This document shows positions 13,573 through 27,234 of a stretch of DNA of 64,000 nt, piece after piece. Origin of the DNA: Mobula hypostoma (lineage: Eukaryota); the NCBI RefSeq assembly GCF_963921235.1, contig NC_086097.1, positions 205,036,001 through 205,100,000 on the forward strand. Direction: 5' to 3'. Both the position numbers and the translations under genes were made by a program. Each line of letters starts with the position of its first letter. Position 1 is the first letter of the stretch. The notes beneath the pieces were generated by a model. The model did no database searches. It was given only the letters and a program-made list of their open reading frames with translations, and had not been told where the DNA came from.

Positions 13573-14044
13573 TTAGAAGAAATTATTTAAATAGGTTCCA
13601 ATTAATACTGAACTCAAAGGAGAGTTTCCAGTAGTTTTACAATACCGCTTGGGGTGCTTAATGTTCTTTTAGTTTTGAGGTCCCTTTTAAGTTCAATAGA
13701 TTTAAATGACACTGTGAAATTATTTAGAAGAATAATATCTCCATTAATTGCACCTTTTACAGTGTAGCACAAGAGTTCCCAACCTTTTTATGCAATGAAA
13801 CCTTACCATTAACCAAGGGGGTCGTTGACCCCTGGTGTTGCACTTCATTAGTCTTGTACTGGAGTGTCAGCTTAAGGCCTGAGATCTAGTCCATGTGAAA
13901 TCACAACCTCCTTACTTAGGTGGGATGCTACCAATATGTGGGAGATACAAGTCAGATGGGCAATAACAATGATGGAAGTACATTTAGAGAGGCAGAAATT
14001 ATGAAGCTTAGTGGTAGGCATTGATGACACCTGGACTGTAGGCA

Positions 14045-14605
14045 TCCATACCCCTCATTTCCATATGGCTATTCAAACTTTCTTAAAATGTTGAAATGTA
14101 ACCCACATCCACCCTTTCCAATGGCAGCTTGTTCCATACTCTCAGCACCCTCTGAGTTCTCCCTCATGTTCCCCTTAAAAATTTCACCTTTCACTTTTAA
14201 CCCAAGACTTTTAGTTCAAGTCTCACCCAACCTCAGTGGGAAAAAAGCCTGCTTGCATTTACCCTATCTATGTCCTCATAATTTTTTTATACCTCTTATC
14301 AAATCTCCATTCATTCTCCTACGATCTTGGAAATAAAGTCCTAACTTATTCAACCTTTCCCTGTTACTCAGGTCTTCAAGTCCTGGCAAGATCCTTGTAA
14401 ATTTTCTCCGCACACTTTCAATCTTATTGATATCTTTCTTGTAAGAGGTGACTAAAACTGCACACAGTACTCCAAATTAAGCCTAAACAACATTTTATAC
14501 AACTTCAACATAGCATCTCAACTCCTGTACTCTTACTTTCTTCATACTCTGACTTATGAAGACCAATGTGCCGTAATCTTTCTTTGCGAACCTATCTGCC
14601 TGTGA
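14045..14605 (-). mobile_element. CR1 LINE 3' ORF2 fragment
   Basis: Antisense CR1 C-terminal sequence (aactgcacacagtactccaa, i.e. LEYCVQF). Confidence 0.75.
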
Positions 14606-17600
14606 GGAGAAGGTGATAATACGATACAAGTTTTATTTTTGTAAACGTATTCATGCTAAAAGCAGAGGAATTCAGTTCACACACCAACTAATATGAAGTA
14701 GGATATTATGGATGGTTGTTTTTCAACATGATATTTCAATTTGTTTGTAACCTCTCCATTACACTGCTTACTGCATTGTTCCTCCCTCATTAATCACATA
14801 CTGTATCTTCACCAAACTTCCTCATTCCTTGTTGTCCAGCACATGAAATTCGATATTCTCATCCAAAATCCCTTCATCGTCTCATCTCAAATTGATTAAT
14901 TGTGTCCTCTAGCATTTATCTTAAAATTTGTTCTCTGACAGGGATCTCCAGGGCAGTTACACCGTGAATAGAAAATGCTCCTGTGACTTAAGCCTTAATT
15001 TTTGTTCTTTACTTCTTTCCGCTTAAACTTTAAAAGCTTAATCCAAAGTTTCTATTTAATCAAGTCTTTAGTTTTCTTTGCTAACTCTCATGCTGCTGTA
15101 CAGTGAGTTTAATTCTGCAAATATATAATTTTGAAACTGGATGTCGACTATATTCCCTGGTTAACACTTTGATTTCATTTGAAAAATCTGTATTTTGTTC
15201 ATCTTTGTGTTTCAATTCACTTTGCCTCAACTCTCTTGTCCTTCTACAAAATGCATTATTGCTATATCTACTTGCGGTAGTCTATTTCGGTTGAATGTAA
15301 TCTATTTTCCAGTGGAAGACACTCTGCTCTGAGCTCTCATTCTTGTTGTTTGCCTATGCTTTATGTCTCCTCTTCCCATTGCTGTATATTTTATCAAAGT
15401 TCAGAACAAGACCATTGTGATCATGCTCTAAGCAGATTTGGAAATTGTTTTCTGGTTAAATTATAATTAACATTATTTATAGCTTATAAGAATTATTAAA
15501 AGTCACACCTAAAAAAGTGAAGGAGAATCATGAAGGTGGAGTAAGAGAATGAAAAGGAGAAATATGAATAACATTGGACCATAATTGTGCTTCTATTTGC
15601 TGTCGATGAAGAAGGGCCATTGCTACTGCTATATTTTGAAGAAGGCACTAAGTGAAACATTAGAAGAAACCGTAACGAATATAAAGTGAAAGAGTGTAAG
15701 AGAAAGAGGGTAGATCGAGGGTACAGACAGAAACAACATTGAAAAGGAAACAAGCAGAAAAAAGAAGATGAGATTCTGAATAGAAATATTGCTGCTGAAT
15801 AAACTTATAGATTGTCCTACCACTTTATGGGGTGTCACATATTCTAGAGAGTTTGGATTTTGCTGTTACTCATTGACTTCTTTTTGGAGCTTTGAGAAAT
15901 CACAACTTTCACTTTGCCCAGTCACTCATCAATTGAACTGTAAGGACGGTAAAAGCAATTTTACATGATGTAACCATGTGATACAGTTTTGATGGGTAGA
16001 AGCAACCCTCCAATCAAAAGGTAGCAATTTCCTTAGCAGTAAATGCATAACATACCTTTTTTCAAAATTAAAAAAAACTGCATTAACAGGTGAACACATT
16101 TTCACTAGAGGCTTACATAAACTGAGCCAACATTTTCTGGTTTAAATAATTAATAATCACATACATGTAAAGATATATTGACATGCAGCATTTGTGTTAA
16201 TACCCAACACAGCCTAAGGATATGTTGTGGGCAACCAAAGTTGTTTGCGTACCATGTTCAGCAGAAAAACATTAGCAATAACAACAGCAGCAAAACAAGC
16301 CACTTTCCTTACACCCACCCACCCACCCAAACACACAGACACACCTCCAATCTCCAGTCCCTGTCCTGACTCACAGACATCAGGCCTATGATCCGGACAT
16401 GTTGATCCAGGGTTTCGACCAGCAAGTTCAAGGTCAAGTTTAATTGTCATTCAACCATACCTGAATACCCATGAATACAGCCAAACGAAACAGCATTACT
16501 CCAGGGTCAAGGTGCAAAACACAGTACCAACAGCACAAGGCATATAAAATAGAAAGATATCAGTAAAATAGTCACACAACAAAAATATAGTCCAAGACCC
16601 CCAGTCCCATGAAAGTGGCAGGAATACAGCTTGTCTTCTGAGAAGCAAACTCTGGGGGGCAGCACCAACTCCAGTTTGGACACCGCTTCACACCACCTCC
16701 AGTGGAGTGCAAAGGCTCAGACACCTCCCTCCTGGGGCTGTATATACGTGATACCATAGCTTGACCGAGGCCATGCAGCTCCCCCGTTGTCTGCCCCTGC
16801 TGGCCATCAATAGATCAGTGAAGCAGATTGTAGCAGTCCACTTTAACAATATCCAACAGGGTCTTAATGTTCAGCAGGGTCTTGTGACCATAAAAAGATA
16901 CGATTAGAAAGGACAATATCAACTTTGGTTGACCCCAAGCTGCTGCAATTAAATGCGCCACCATCTTACCAAAATCTTATAGGGCCTCGACCTCCATAGT
17001 CACTGACTTTGATCTTTGCCCTTTAGGCTTTGACCTCTAATTTGAATCCGGTTCTCACTGATCATAGGATTTTGAAATCTGGGTTTAAACTCCAGATTTG
17101 CAAGAACCTCTAACCCTGGGACTCGCTGATGTGGGAGAACTCACTGACTCAGGATCCACTGGCTTCGTTCATTGACCACAGGGGTCTCTGGTCTTCATCT
17201 TCAACACTTGCCAACCTGACCTCTGTCTACAGGAATCACTGGCCTTTGCCCACAAAGCACTCTGACATGGACTCCAACCAGCCGTTCTTGCCTGCGTCTC
17301 TTCAATATTTACCTTTGATGCTAAATTCCTATCTCCTTTGTACCTAAACCACATCTCCCCATGCCTAAACAAGCTTACAAAACAACTACGTAAATGTGAA
17401 CCACAAACTCAACAGACATCACAATTTTTGTTGCAGTATTGTAAAAATTGAAATAAACATATTTCTGAAACAAAAATTACTGCTAAGGTTGGTCGTGAGT
17501 TCAATTTCAAGTTGCAAAAACTTGGATGAGAGGGGTATTAAGGCCTATGCTATGGGTTGATAGCACTAGGCAGAATAACAGTTTGGCACAGACTAGATGG

Positions 17601-18531
17601 GTGAAGGACCTGTTTCTGTGTTGTAGTGCTCTGTAACTCTAGGACTCTAAGGTTATCAACTCAGTGAAAGAGTCCCTTTGGTCTGCACAAAACTTGTTGG
17701 TTTCCCAGCACAGTGAGACGTTTGTAAGGGAATGCTACAGACTGTCACAGTCCAGGCTGCTGGCTGAAGGACACACTGGTGAAGCCAGTGAGGCCAATGC
17801 AAAGGATTGGTGAGAACCATAAAACCATATAACAATTACAGCACAGAAACAGGCCATCTTGGCCTTTCTAGTCCTTGCCGAATGCTTATTCTCACCTAGT
17901 CCCACCGACCTGCATTCAGCCCATAACACTCCATTCCTTTCCTGTCCATATAGCTATCCAATTCTACTTTAAATGACAATATTGAACCTGCCTCTAGCAC
18001 TTCTGCTGGAAGTTCGTTCCACACAGCTACCACTCTCTGAGTAAAGAAGTTCCCTTGCATGTTACCCCTAAACTTTTGCCCCCTAACTCTCAACTCATGT
18101 CCTCTTGTTTGAATCTCCCCTACTCTCAATGGAAAAAGCCTATTCACGTCAACTCTATCTATCCCCCTCATAATTTTAAATACCTCTATCAAGCCCCCTT
18201 CAACCTTCTACACTCCAAAGAATAAAGACCCAACTTGTTCAATCTTTCTCTGTCACTTAGGTGCTGAAACCCAGGTAACATTCTAGTAAATCTTCTCTAT
18301 ACTCTCTCTATTTTGTTGACATCTTTCCTATAATTCGGTGACCAGAACTGTACACAATACTCCAAATTTGGCCTTACTAATACCTTGTACAATTTTAACA
18401 TTACATCCCAAATCCTACACATAATGCTCTGATTTATAAAGGCCAGCATACCAAAAGCTTTCTTCACCACCCTTTCCACATGAGATTCCACCTTCAGGGA
18501 TCTATGCACCATTATTCCTAGATCCCTCTGT

Positions 18532-20202
18532 TAGAAACATAGAAATATAGAAAATAGGTGCAGGAGTAGGCCATTCAGCCCTTCGAGCCTGCACCACCAT
18601 TCAATATGATCATGGCTGATCATCCAACTCAGAACCCTGTATAACCGTCCCTCCATACCCCTGATCCCTTGAGCCACAAGGGCCATATCTAACTCCCTCT
18701 TAAGTATAGACAATGAATTGGCCTCAACTGTTTCCTGTGGCAGAGAATTCCACAGATTCACCACTCTCTGTGTGAAGAAGTTTTTCCTAATCTGGATCCT
18801 AAAAGGCTTCCCCTTTATCCTCAAACTGTGACCCCTCGTTCTGGACTTCCCCAACATCGGGAACAATCTTCCTGCATGTAGCCTGTCCAATCCCTTTAGG
18901 ATTTTATACGTTTCAATAAGATCCTCCCTCAATCTTCTAAATTCCAATGAGTATAAGCCTAGTCGATTCAGTCTTTCACCATATGAAAGTCCTGCCATCC
19001 CAGGAATCAATCTGGGGAACCTTCTTTGTACTCCCTCTATGGAAAGGATGTCTTTCCTCAGATTAGGGGACCAAAACTGCACACAATACTCCAGGTATGG
19101 TCTCACCAAGGCCTTGTACAACTGCAATAGTACCTCCCTGCTCCTGTACTCGAATCCTCTTGCTTCGAATGCCAGCATACCATTCGCCTTTTTCACTGCC
19201 TGCTGTACCTGCATGCCCACCTTCAATGACTGGCGTATGATGACACTCAGGTCTCGTTGCACCTCCCCTTTTCCTGGCCACCATTCAGATAATAATCTGT
19301 TTTCCTGTTTTTGCCACCAAAATGGATAACCTCACATTTATCCACATTAAATTGCATCTGCCATGAATTTTCCCACTCACCTAACCTATCCAAGTCACCC
19401 TGCATCCTCTTAGCATCTTCCTCACAGATAACACTGCCACCCAGCTTCGTGTCATCCGCAAACTTGGAGATGTTGCATTTAGTTCCCTCATCTAAGTCAT
19501 TAATATATATTGTAAACAACTGGGGTCCCAGCACTGAGCCCTGTGTTACCCCACTAGTCACTGCCTGCTATTCTGAAAAGGTCCCGTTTATTCCCACTCT
19601 TTGCTTCCTGTCTGCCAACCAATTCTCTATCCACATCAATACCTTACCCCCAATACTGTGTGCTTTAAGTTTGCACACTAATCTCCTTTGTGGGACGTTG
19701 TCAAAAGCCTTTTGAAAATCCAAATATACCACATCCACTGGTTCTCCCCTATCCACTCTACTAGTTACATCCTCAAAAAATTCTGTGAGATTCGTCAGAC
19801 ATGATTTTCCTTTCACAAATCCATGCTGACTTTGTCCGATGATTTCACCGCTTTCCAAATGTGCTGTTATCACATCTTTCATAACTGACTCTAGCATTTC
19901 CCCCACCACCGATGTTAGGCCAACCAGTCTATAATTCCCCAGTTTCTCTCTCCCTCCTTTTTTAAAAAGTAGGGTTACATTAGCCACCCTCCAATCCTTA
20001 GGAACTAGTCCAGGATCTAAAGAATTTTGAAAAATTATCACTAATGCATCCACTATTTCTTGGGCTACTTCCTTAAGCACTCTGGGATGCAGACCATCTG
20101 ACCCTGGGGATTTATCTGCCTTTAATCCCTTCAATTTACCTAACAACACTTCCCTACTAACATGTATTTCCCTCAGTTCCTCCATCTCATTAGACCCTCT
20201 GT
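18532..20202 (-). mobile_element. Nested 5'-truncated CR1 of a different subfamily
   Basis: Own tail tagaaacatagaaatatagaa at 18532; ccctctgt at both junctions (18524-18531, 20195-20202); ORFs 18531-19262 and 19247-19561. Confidence 0.9.
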
Positions 20203-21353
20203 CCTCTACTGCATTCTTCAGTGCCCTACCATTTACCATGTATGTCCTATTTTGATTAGTCCTACCAAAATGCGGCACCTCACACTTATCAGCATTAAGC
20301 TCCATCTGCCATCTTTCAGCCCACTCGTCTAACAGGTGTAAATCTCTCTGCAAGCTTTGAAAACCTACTTCATTATCCAGAACGCCACCTATCTTAGCAT
20401 TATCTGCATACTTACTAATCCAATTTACCACCCCATCATCCAGATCATTAATATTTATGTCAAACAACATTGGACCCAGTACAGATCCCTGAGGCACACC
20501 ACTAGTCACCGGCCTCCAACCTGACAAACAGTTATCCACCACTACTCTCTGGCATCTCCCATCCAGACACTGCTGAATCCATTTTACTACTTCAATATTA
20601 ATACCTAAGGATTGAACCTTCCTAGCTAACCTTCCATGTGGAACCTTGTCAAAGGCCTTACTGAAGTCCATATAGACAACATCCACTGCTTTACCCTCAT
20701 CAACTTTCCTGGTAACCTCTTCAAAAAATTCAATAAGATTTGTCAAACGTGACCTTCCACACACAAATCCATGTTGACTGTTCTTAATCAGACCCTGTCT
20801 ATCCAGATAATTATATATACCATCTCTAAGAATACTTTCCATCAATTTACCCACCACTGACCTCAAACTCACAGTCTGATAATCACTAGGTTTACTCTTA
20901 GAACCCCTTTTAAACAATGGAACAACATGAGCAATACGCCAATCCTCTGGCAACATCCCTGTTTCTAATGACATTTGAAGTATTTCTGTCTGAGTCCTTG
21001 CTATTTCTACACTAATTTCCCTCAAGGTCCTAGGGAATATCCTGTCAGGACCCGGAGACTTATCCACGTTTATATTCCTTAAAAGCGCCAGTACTTCCTC
21101 TTCTTTTATCATCATAGTTTCCATAACTTCCCTTCCTGTTTCCCTTACCTTACACAATTCAATATCCTTCTCCTTAGTGAATACCGAAGAAAAGAAATTG
21201 TTAAAAATCTTCCCCATCTCTTTTGGTTCCACACATAGCTATCCACTCTGATTCTCTAAGGGACCAATTTTATTCCGCACTATCCTTTTGCTGTTAATAT
21301 AACTGTAGAAACCCTTTGGATTTATTTTCACCTTACTTGCCAAAGCAACCTCC

Positions 21354-22051
21354 TGTAGCCCCTGGCCAGCCTCAGGGTCATTCAGCTCACTGTCAGCTAG
21401 GGAAACAGCCCTCGGCCCTGGCAAACTGGGTAATAAGTTTGTGTAGATGCTATGTGATGTACCCCACCCCACCCAAATGACAGACAATACACCAGATACG
21501 ATTAAATGATTTACAGTTTATAGATATTACTGGAACTATATAACTAATAGAGAATAAAATATGGAAGGAAAATAAAAGACACCACACTTATCAAAGTTCA
21601 ATCTCTTCGTGCACGAACAGTTGGAGCTCAGGACCCTTCTTCTTCACCCTGCGACCCCTCGGACCACCTCGATCGGCCGCCTGGGACCAATAACGGTGGT
21701 CGACCAGACATTCCACACGAGTCCGTCTCTGTCTCCTCTCCTCGCTGAACACCCCACTCGGGGTCCGACCCCGTTAGCGGACTCACAGCACCTGGTCCAT
21801 CCTCTGTCGCTCTCTCTCTCCCGCCTTCTGCCCCAAAACCCCGCTCATACAATATCTTCAAATACACCAAAAACATAACAACTATTCCAATTGGTTCGTG
21901 ACATATTCTTATCACACTCTAACCTAAAACAAGCTGCTAGTGCAAGAACTTTCTCAGCGTTTAACATAACAAAGAAGCATTCCCAAGTATAACATAACAA
22001 AGGAATTTAAATTAGCCTATGCAGTAACATAAAAGACGAAACCCCCTTACA
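21354..22051. mobile_element. Solo LTR (698 bp), probably Gypsy or ERV type
   Basis: TGTA...TACA ends; exact 4-bp TSD CTCC (21350-21353, 22052-22055); CR1 ORF2 resumes on both sides. Confidence 0.85.
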
Positions 22052-23891
22052 CTCCTATCTTCTTTCAGCTTTTCTAATTTCTTTCTTAAGATTCTTTTTA
22101 CATTCTTCATATTCCTTGAGCACCTCATTTACTCCATGCTGCCTATATTTATTGTAGATCTCTCTCTTTTTCCGAACCAAGTTTCTAATATCCCTTGAAA
22201 ACCATGGCTCTCTCAAACTTTTAACCTTTCCTTTCAACCTAACAGGAACATAAAGATTCTGGCCCTCAAAATTTCGCCTTTAAATGACCTCTGTTTCTCT
22301 GTTACATCCTTCCCATAAAACAAATTGTCCCAATCCACTCCTTCTAAATCCTTTTGCATCTCCTCAAAGTTAGCCTTTCTCCAATCAAAAATCTCAACCC
22401 TGGGTCCAGACCTATCCTTCTCCATAATTATATTGAAACTAATGGCATTGTGATCACTGGACCCGAAGTGCTCCCCAACACATACCTCCGTCACCTGACC
22501 TATCTCATTTCCTAACAGGAGATCCGACACTGCCTCTTCTCTAGTTGGTACCTCTATGTATTGCTGCAAAAAACTATCCTACACACATTTTACAAACTCC
22601 AAACCATCCAGCCCTTTTACACTATGGTCTTCCCAGTCTACTTGTGGAAAATTAAAATCTCCCACAATCACAACCTTGTGCTTACTACAAATATCTGCTA
22701 TCTCCTTACAAATTTGCTCCTCCAATTCTCGCTCCCTGTTAGGTGGTCTATAATACACCCCTATAAGTTTTACTACACCTTTTCCATTCCTTAATTCCAC
22801 CCAAATCGCTTCCCTAGATGAGCCCTCTAATCTATCCTGCCAGAGCACTGCTGTAATATTTTCTCTGACAAGCAGTGCAACACCTCCCCCTCTTGTCCCT
22901 CCCATTCTATCACACCTGAATCAACGAAATCCAGGAATATTTAGTTGCCAATCACACCCCTCCTGTAACCATGTTTCACTAATAGCTACCACATCATACT
23001 TCCAGGTATCAATCCACGCTTTAAGATCATCCACTTTTCTTATAATGCTCCTAACAGTAAAATAAATGCATTTAAGAAATTTTCCACCTCTTACTCTCTG
23101 TTTATCACTAACGGTGCAAACAGCTTTACTATTTTCTTTTTCTTCCTTCTCCCCTACATCTGTTCCTACACTCTGGTTCCCCTCCTCCCTTGTATCTAGT
23201 TTAAATCCACTGGAGTCTCTCTAGCAAACCTACCAGCAAGAATACTTGCTCCCCTCCAGTTCAGATGTAAACCGTCCCGCCGGAACCGGCCCCACTTTCC
23301 CTGGAAAACTGCCCAATTATCTATAAATCTGAAGCCCTCCCTCCTGCACCATGTCTTCAGCCATGATCTGCGCTATGTTACTATTTCTAAACCCGCCTGC
23401 ACGTGACACTGGTAGCAATCTTGAGATTGCTATCCTGGAGGTCCTGATCTTTAACTTGGTGCCTAACTCCCTGAACTCACCTTTCAGGACCTTCTCACTC
23501 TTCCTACCCACTTTATTGGTCCCTACATGGACCATGACATCTGGCTGCTCACCCTCCCTCTTGAGAATACCGAGAACTCGATCCGAGATATTGCGGACCC
23601 TTGCACCAGGGAGGCAACAGACCATCTGGGATTCTCGATCTCTTCCACAGAACCACTTATCTGTCCCCCTAACTACCGATTCACCCATCACTACTGCTTT
23701 TGTCTTTTCCCTCCTTCCCTTCTGAGCTGAGGATCCAGTCTCGGTGCCAGAGACATAACCACTGCAACTTGTCCCTGGTAGGTGTCCCTATCAACACAGA
23801 AGAACCACAGTATGTGCTCTTTCCACTACCACACATGGAGGGACAGGGTTGGGATGGGGAAGCCCTTCAAACATTGAAAGGGGTATCACAG

Positions 23892-24040
23892 GCACAAGAG
23901 ATAGAGATTCTGCAGATGCTGGAAATCATGAGCAACACACACAACATTCTGGAGGAACTCAGCAGGTCAGGCGACATCTATGGAGGGCAAAAAACAGTTG
24001 ACATTTGAGGCTGAAACCTGTCATCGGGACTGGAAAGGAA
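23892..24040 (-). mobile_element. Penelope-like terminal (pLTR) fragment with a decayed hammerhead motif
   Basis: Same repeat as 50925-51260; minus strand reads ccagtc-CCGATGA-caggtttcagcct-CAAA-tgtc-aactg, a mutated core. Confidence 0.7.
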
Positions 24041-24067
24041 GGGGACAGATGACCGGTTTCAGGACTA

Positions 24068-25783
24068 ACAATGGCAATTTGCATCAGACCTCACTGTGGA
24101 AGATACTAACAGTATGCCTGATGTTGTAGTGTGTGAAGGAAAAGAAGTGGGTGCAGTTAGTATTACAAGAGAGAAGGTGCTCAAAAAGCTGAAAGACCTA
24201 AAGATACATAAGTCACCTGGACCAGGCGAACTGCGCCCTAGGGTTCTGAAGGAGGTAGCGTTAGAGACTGTGGTGGCATTAGAAGTCATCTTTCAAAAAT
24301 CATTGGACTCTGGCATCGTGCCAGAGGACTGGAAAATTGCAAGTGTCACTCCACTCTTTAAGAAAGGGGGACGGCAGCAGAAAGGAAATTATAGACCAGT
24401 TAGCCTGACCTCAGTGATTAGGAAAATGTTCAAGTCAATTTTTAAGGATGAGGTGATGGAGTACTTAGTGACACAGGACAAGATAGGACAAAGTCAGCAT
24501 GCTTTCCTTCAGGGAAAATCCTGCCTGACAGACCTGATGGAATTCTTTGAGGAGATTACAAATAGGATGAATAAAGGGGATGCAGTGGATGTTGTATATT
24601 TGGACTTTCAGAAGGCCTTTGACAAGGTGCCACACATGAGGCTGCTTACCAAGTTAAGACCCCATGGTATTACAGGAAAGTTACTAACATGGTTATAGCA
24701 TTGGCTGATTGGTAGGAGGCAGGGAGTGGGAATAAAAGGATCCTTTTCTGGTTGGCTGCCAGTGAATAGTGGTGTTCTGCAGGGGTTGGTGTTGGGACCA
24801 CCTCTTTCCATGCTGTATATAATTGATTTAGATGATGGAATAGATGGCTTTGTTAATAAGTTTGCAGATGATACAAAGATTGGTAAAGGGGCAGGTTTGG
24901 TAGGATGCAGAAGGACTTAGACAGATTAGGAGAATGGACAAGAAAGTGGCAAGTGAAATACAATGTTGGAAAATGCATGGTCATGCACTTTGGTAGCAGA
25001 AATAAATGTGTGGACCATTTTCTAAACAGGGAGAAAATCCAAAAATCTGAGATGCAAAGGACTTTGGAGTCCTTGCGCGGAACACTCTAAAGGCTAACTT
25101 GCAGATTGAGTTAGTGGTGAGGAAGACAAATGGCATGTTAGCATTCATTTCAAGAGATCTAATAAGAGCAAGGATGTGATGCTGAGGCTTTATAAGGCAC
25201 CAGTGAGGCCTCACCTTGAGTATTGTGAACAGTTTTGGGCTGCTCATCTTAGAAAAGATGTGCTGGCATTGTAGAGAGTCCAGAGGAGGTTCACAAGGAT
25301 GATTCCAGGATTGAAAGGGTTGTCATACGAGGAATGTTTGTTGGCTCTGGGTCTGTACTCACTGGAATTCAGTAGGATGAGGGGGGATCTCATTGAAACC
25401 TTTCAAATGTGGAAAGGCCTAGACAGAGCAGATGAGAAAAGGATGTTTCCCATGGTGAGAGAGTCCAGGACTAGAGGGCTCAGCCTCAGAATAGAGGGGT
25501 ATCCTTTCAAAACAGAGATGCGGAGAATTTTCTTTAGCCAAATGATGGTGAATTTGTGGAATTTTTTGCCACATCCAGCTGTGAAGGCCAGGTCATTGGA
25601 TGTATTTAAGGCAGAGATTGATAGGTTCTTGATTGGACACAGCATCAAAGGTTATGAGGAGAAGGCTGGGAATTGGGGTTGAGGAGGAGGAGAAAAAGGA
25701 TCAGCCATGATTGAATGACGGATTTGACCCAATGGGCCAGATGGCCTAATTCTGCTCCTATGTCATGTGGTCTTGTGGTCTTA
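24068..25783 (+). mobile_element. 5'-truncated CR1 LINE
   Basis: ORFs 24096-24698 (KSPGP..NYRPVSLTS..YLDFQKAFDKVPH), 24726-24920 (KFADDTK) and 25299-25682; gtggtcttgtggtcttat tail. Confidence 0.92.
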
Positions 25784-27234
25784 TAGTCAAAAAGAAAAAA
25801 GTTACAGTAAGATATTGCTCCAGATTTCCATTCCATTTTGAGAAAAGAGATGCTTCCAGATATTGTGCTGAATATCTTCGCTATTTACCTGATGAAATCA
25901 GTTAGTCTCTTTATACCTTTTTATTAGTCAAGCCATTGTAGAAGATTGAAACGCTATGTTGTAGGTAGCAAGGTAACCACCTTGAAGCTATACTTGGAAC
26001 ACTATGTACAATTTTGGGATGTCACTAAACAGGAAAAGTGTGCAGAGAAGATTTATGAGGATGCTGCAGGAACCTGGGGGCCTGAATCATAGAGAAAAGT
26101 TTGGTAAGCTAAGACTTTATTCCTTGGAATATAGAAGATTGAAGGGCATAAAATCATGAGGGGTATACATAGGGCAAACACATATAGTATTTTCCCCGGG
26201 ATAAAAGCAAATAGTGTTAAAGAACCTAAGCAACTTAAAACACTTTTAAACATCTTTAAATATTTGTAGTCTCATCACTAGGTCAGCAAGTTGTTTACTA
26301 TATACTGAACTGTTTCTTGTTTACCTGTGCTGCATCCATTCCGAATTATATTTTATTGACTTATTTATTATAATGCTTTGGTTTAGGTGCTGTGTGTGTT
26401 ATATGTTGTGTGGGTGCACCGTGGTCCACGGGAATGTTGTTTTGTTTGTTTGTATATATGGACAGTCAGATGACAATAAACTTGAACTTGAACTTTCACA
26501 CAAGGCTCTCACAGCCATTCTCTTCCGCACAAGATTATTTGTGCCTTCTCTGAACTAGCACAGACTTATTTAGTAAGTTGGACTGTGAGTATAATATATT
26601 CCAAATTGCCTCTTCTATGCTGAATTTTAGAGAACTTTGCTGGTGGAGTGCAGTTCAGGACTATTTAATGTCATCTCTAATGCACAAGAATAAAGGAGAA
26701 TGAAGTAATTATTATTCTGGATCCAGTGCAGTGCAAGCAAATCACAATAAGAAAAAGCATGCAATAATAAAAAAAGAATAAATATAAATACATAGAATAG
26801 CTTGCATACATTGATTGTACGTCATAATGTGGCATTAGACATTGGAGTGTCTGTACATAATGTGGCTGACAGGACGTGGTGAAGTTGTGGTGGGGGAGAG
26901 TTGTGGAGGGTAGATTAGTTGGTAGAGGTGTTAACCAGCCTTCCTGCATGGCGAAGGTAACTCTTTTCAGTATGTTGGCCCTGATGTGGATGCCATGTTG
27001 TCATCTCTCTAATGGGAGTAAGACAGACAATCTATGAGCCAGGTGGGTGGGATCCATCATGATGTTACTGGTCCTTTCCTGGGTAAGCCCTGTGTGTTCC
27101 AGATTTATGTCTATACAGTATGCCAGGAAATCCTGAAAGCAGAGACCATTATAAAGAGCAATGTTTTTAGTTGTGTGGAAATTTCCTGGAAAAAGCTGGT
27201 TAAACTTCCAGCAAAACATCTTTCATAATTAGTT

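Larger units (their letters stand above)
17815..23790 (-). mobile_element. Large CR1 LINE (ORF1 esterase part, endonuclease, RT, 3' tail) carrying a nested CR1 and a solo LTR
   Basis: ORFs 23317-23691 (ORF1 SGNH-like), 22579-22905 (GVYYRPPN..GDFNFP endonuclease), 22234-22569 (GSSDHN), 21232 to about 20200 (RT), 18297-18512 and 17896-18192 (C-terminus); tail aaccataaaaccatat at 17815. Confidence 0.92.

Noticed and set aside
13770..13935. Possible hAT MITE remnant followed by a DeuSINE-like trace
   Set aside because: Too degenerate to set boundaries or family by eye.
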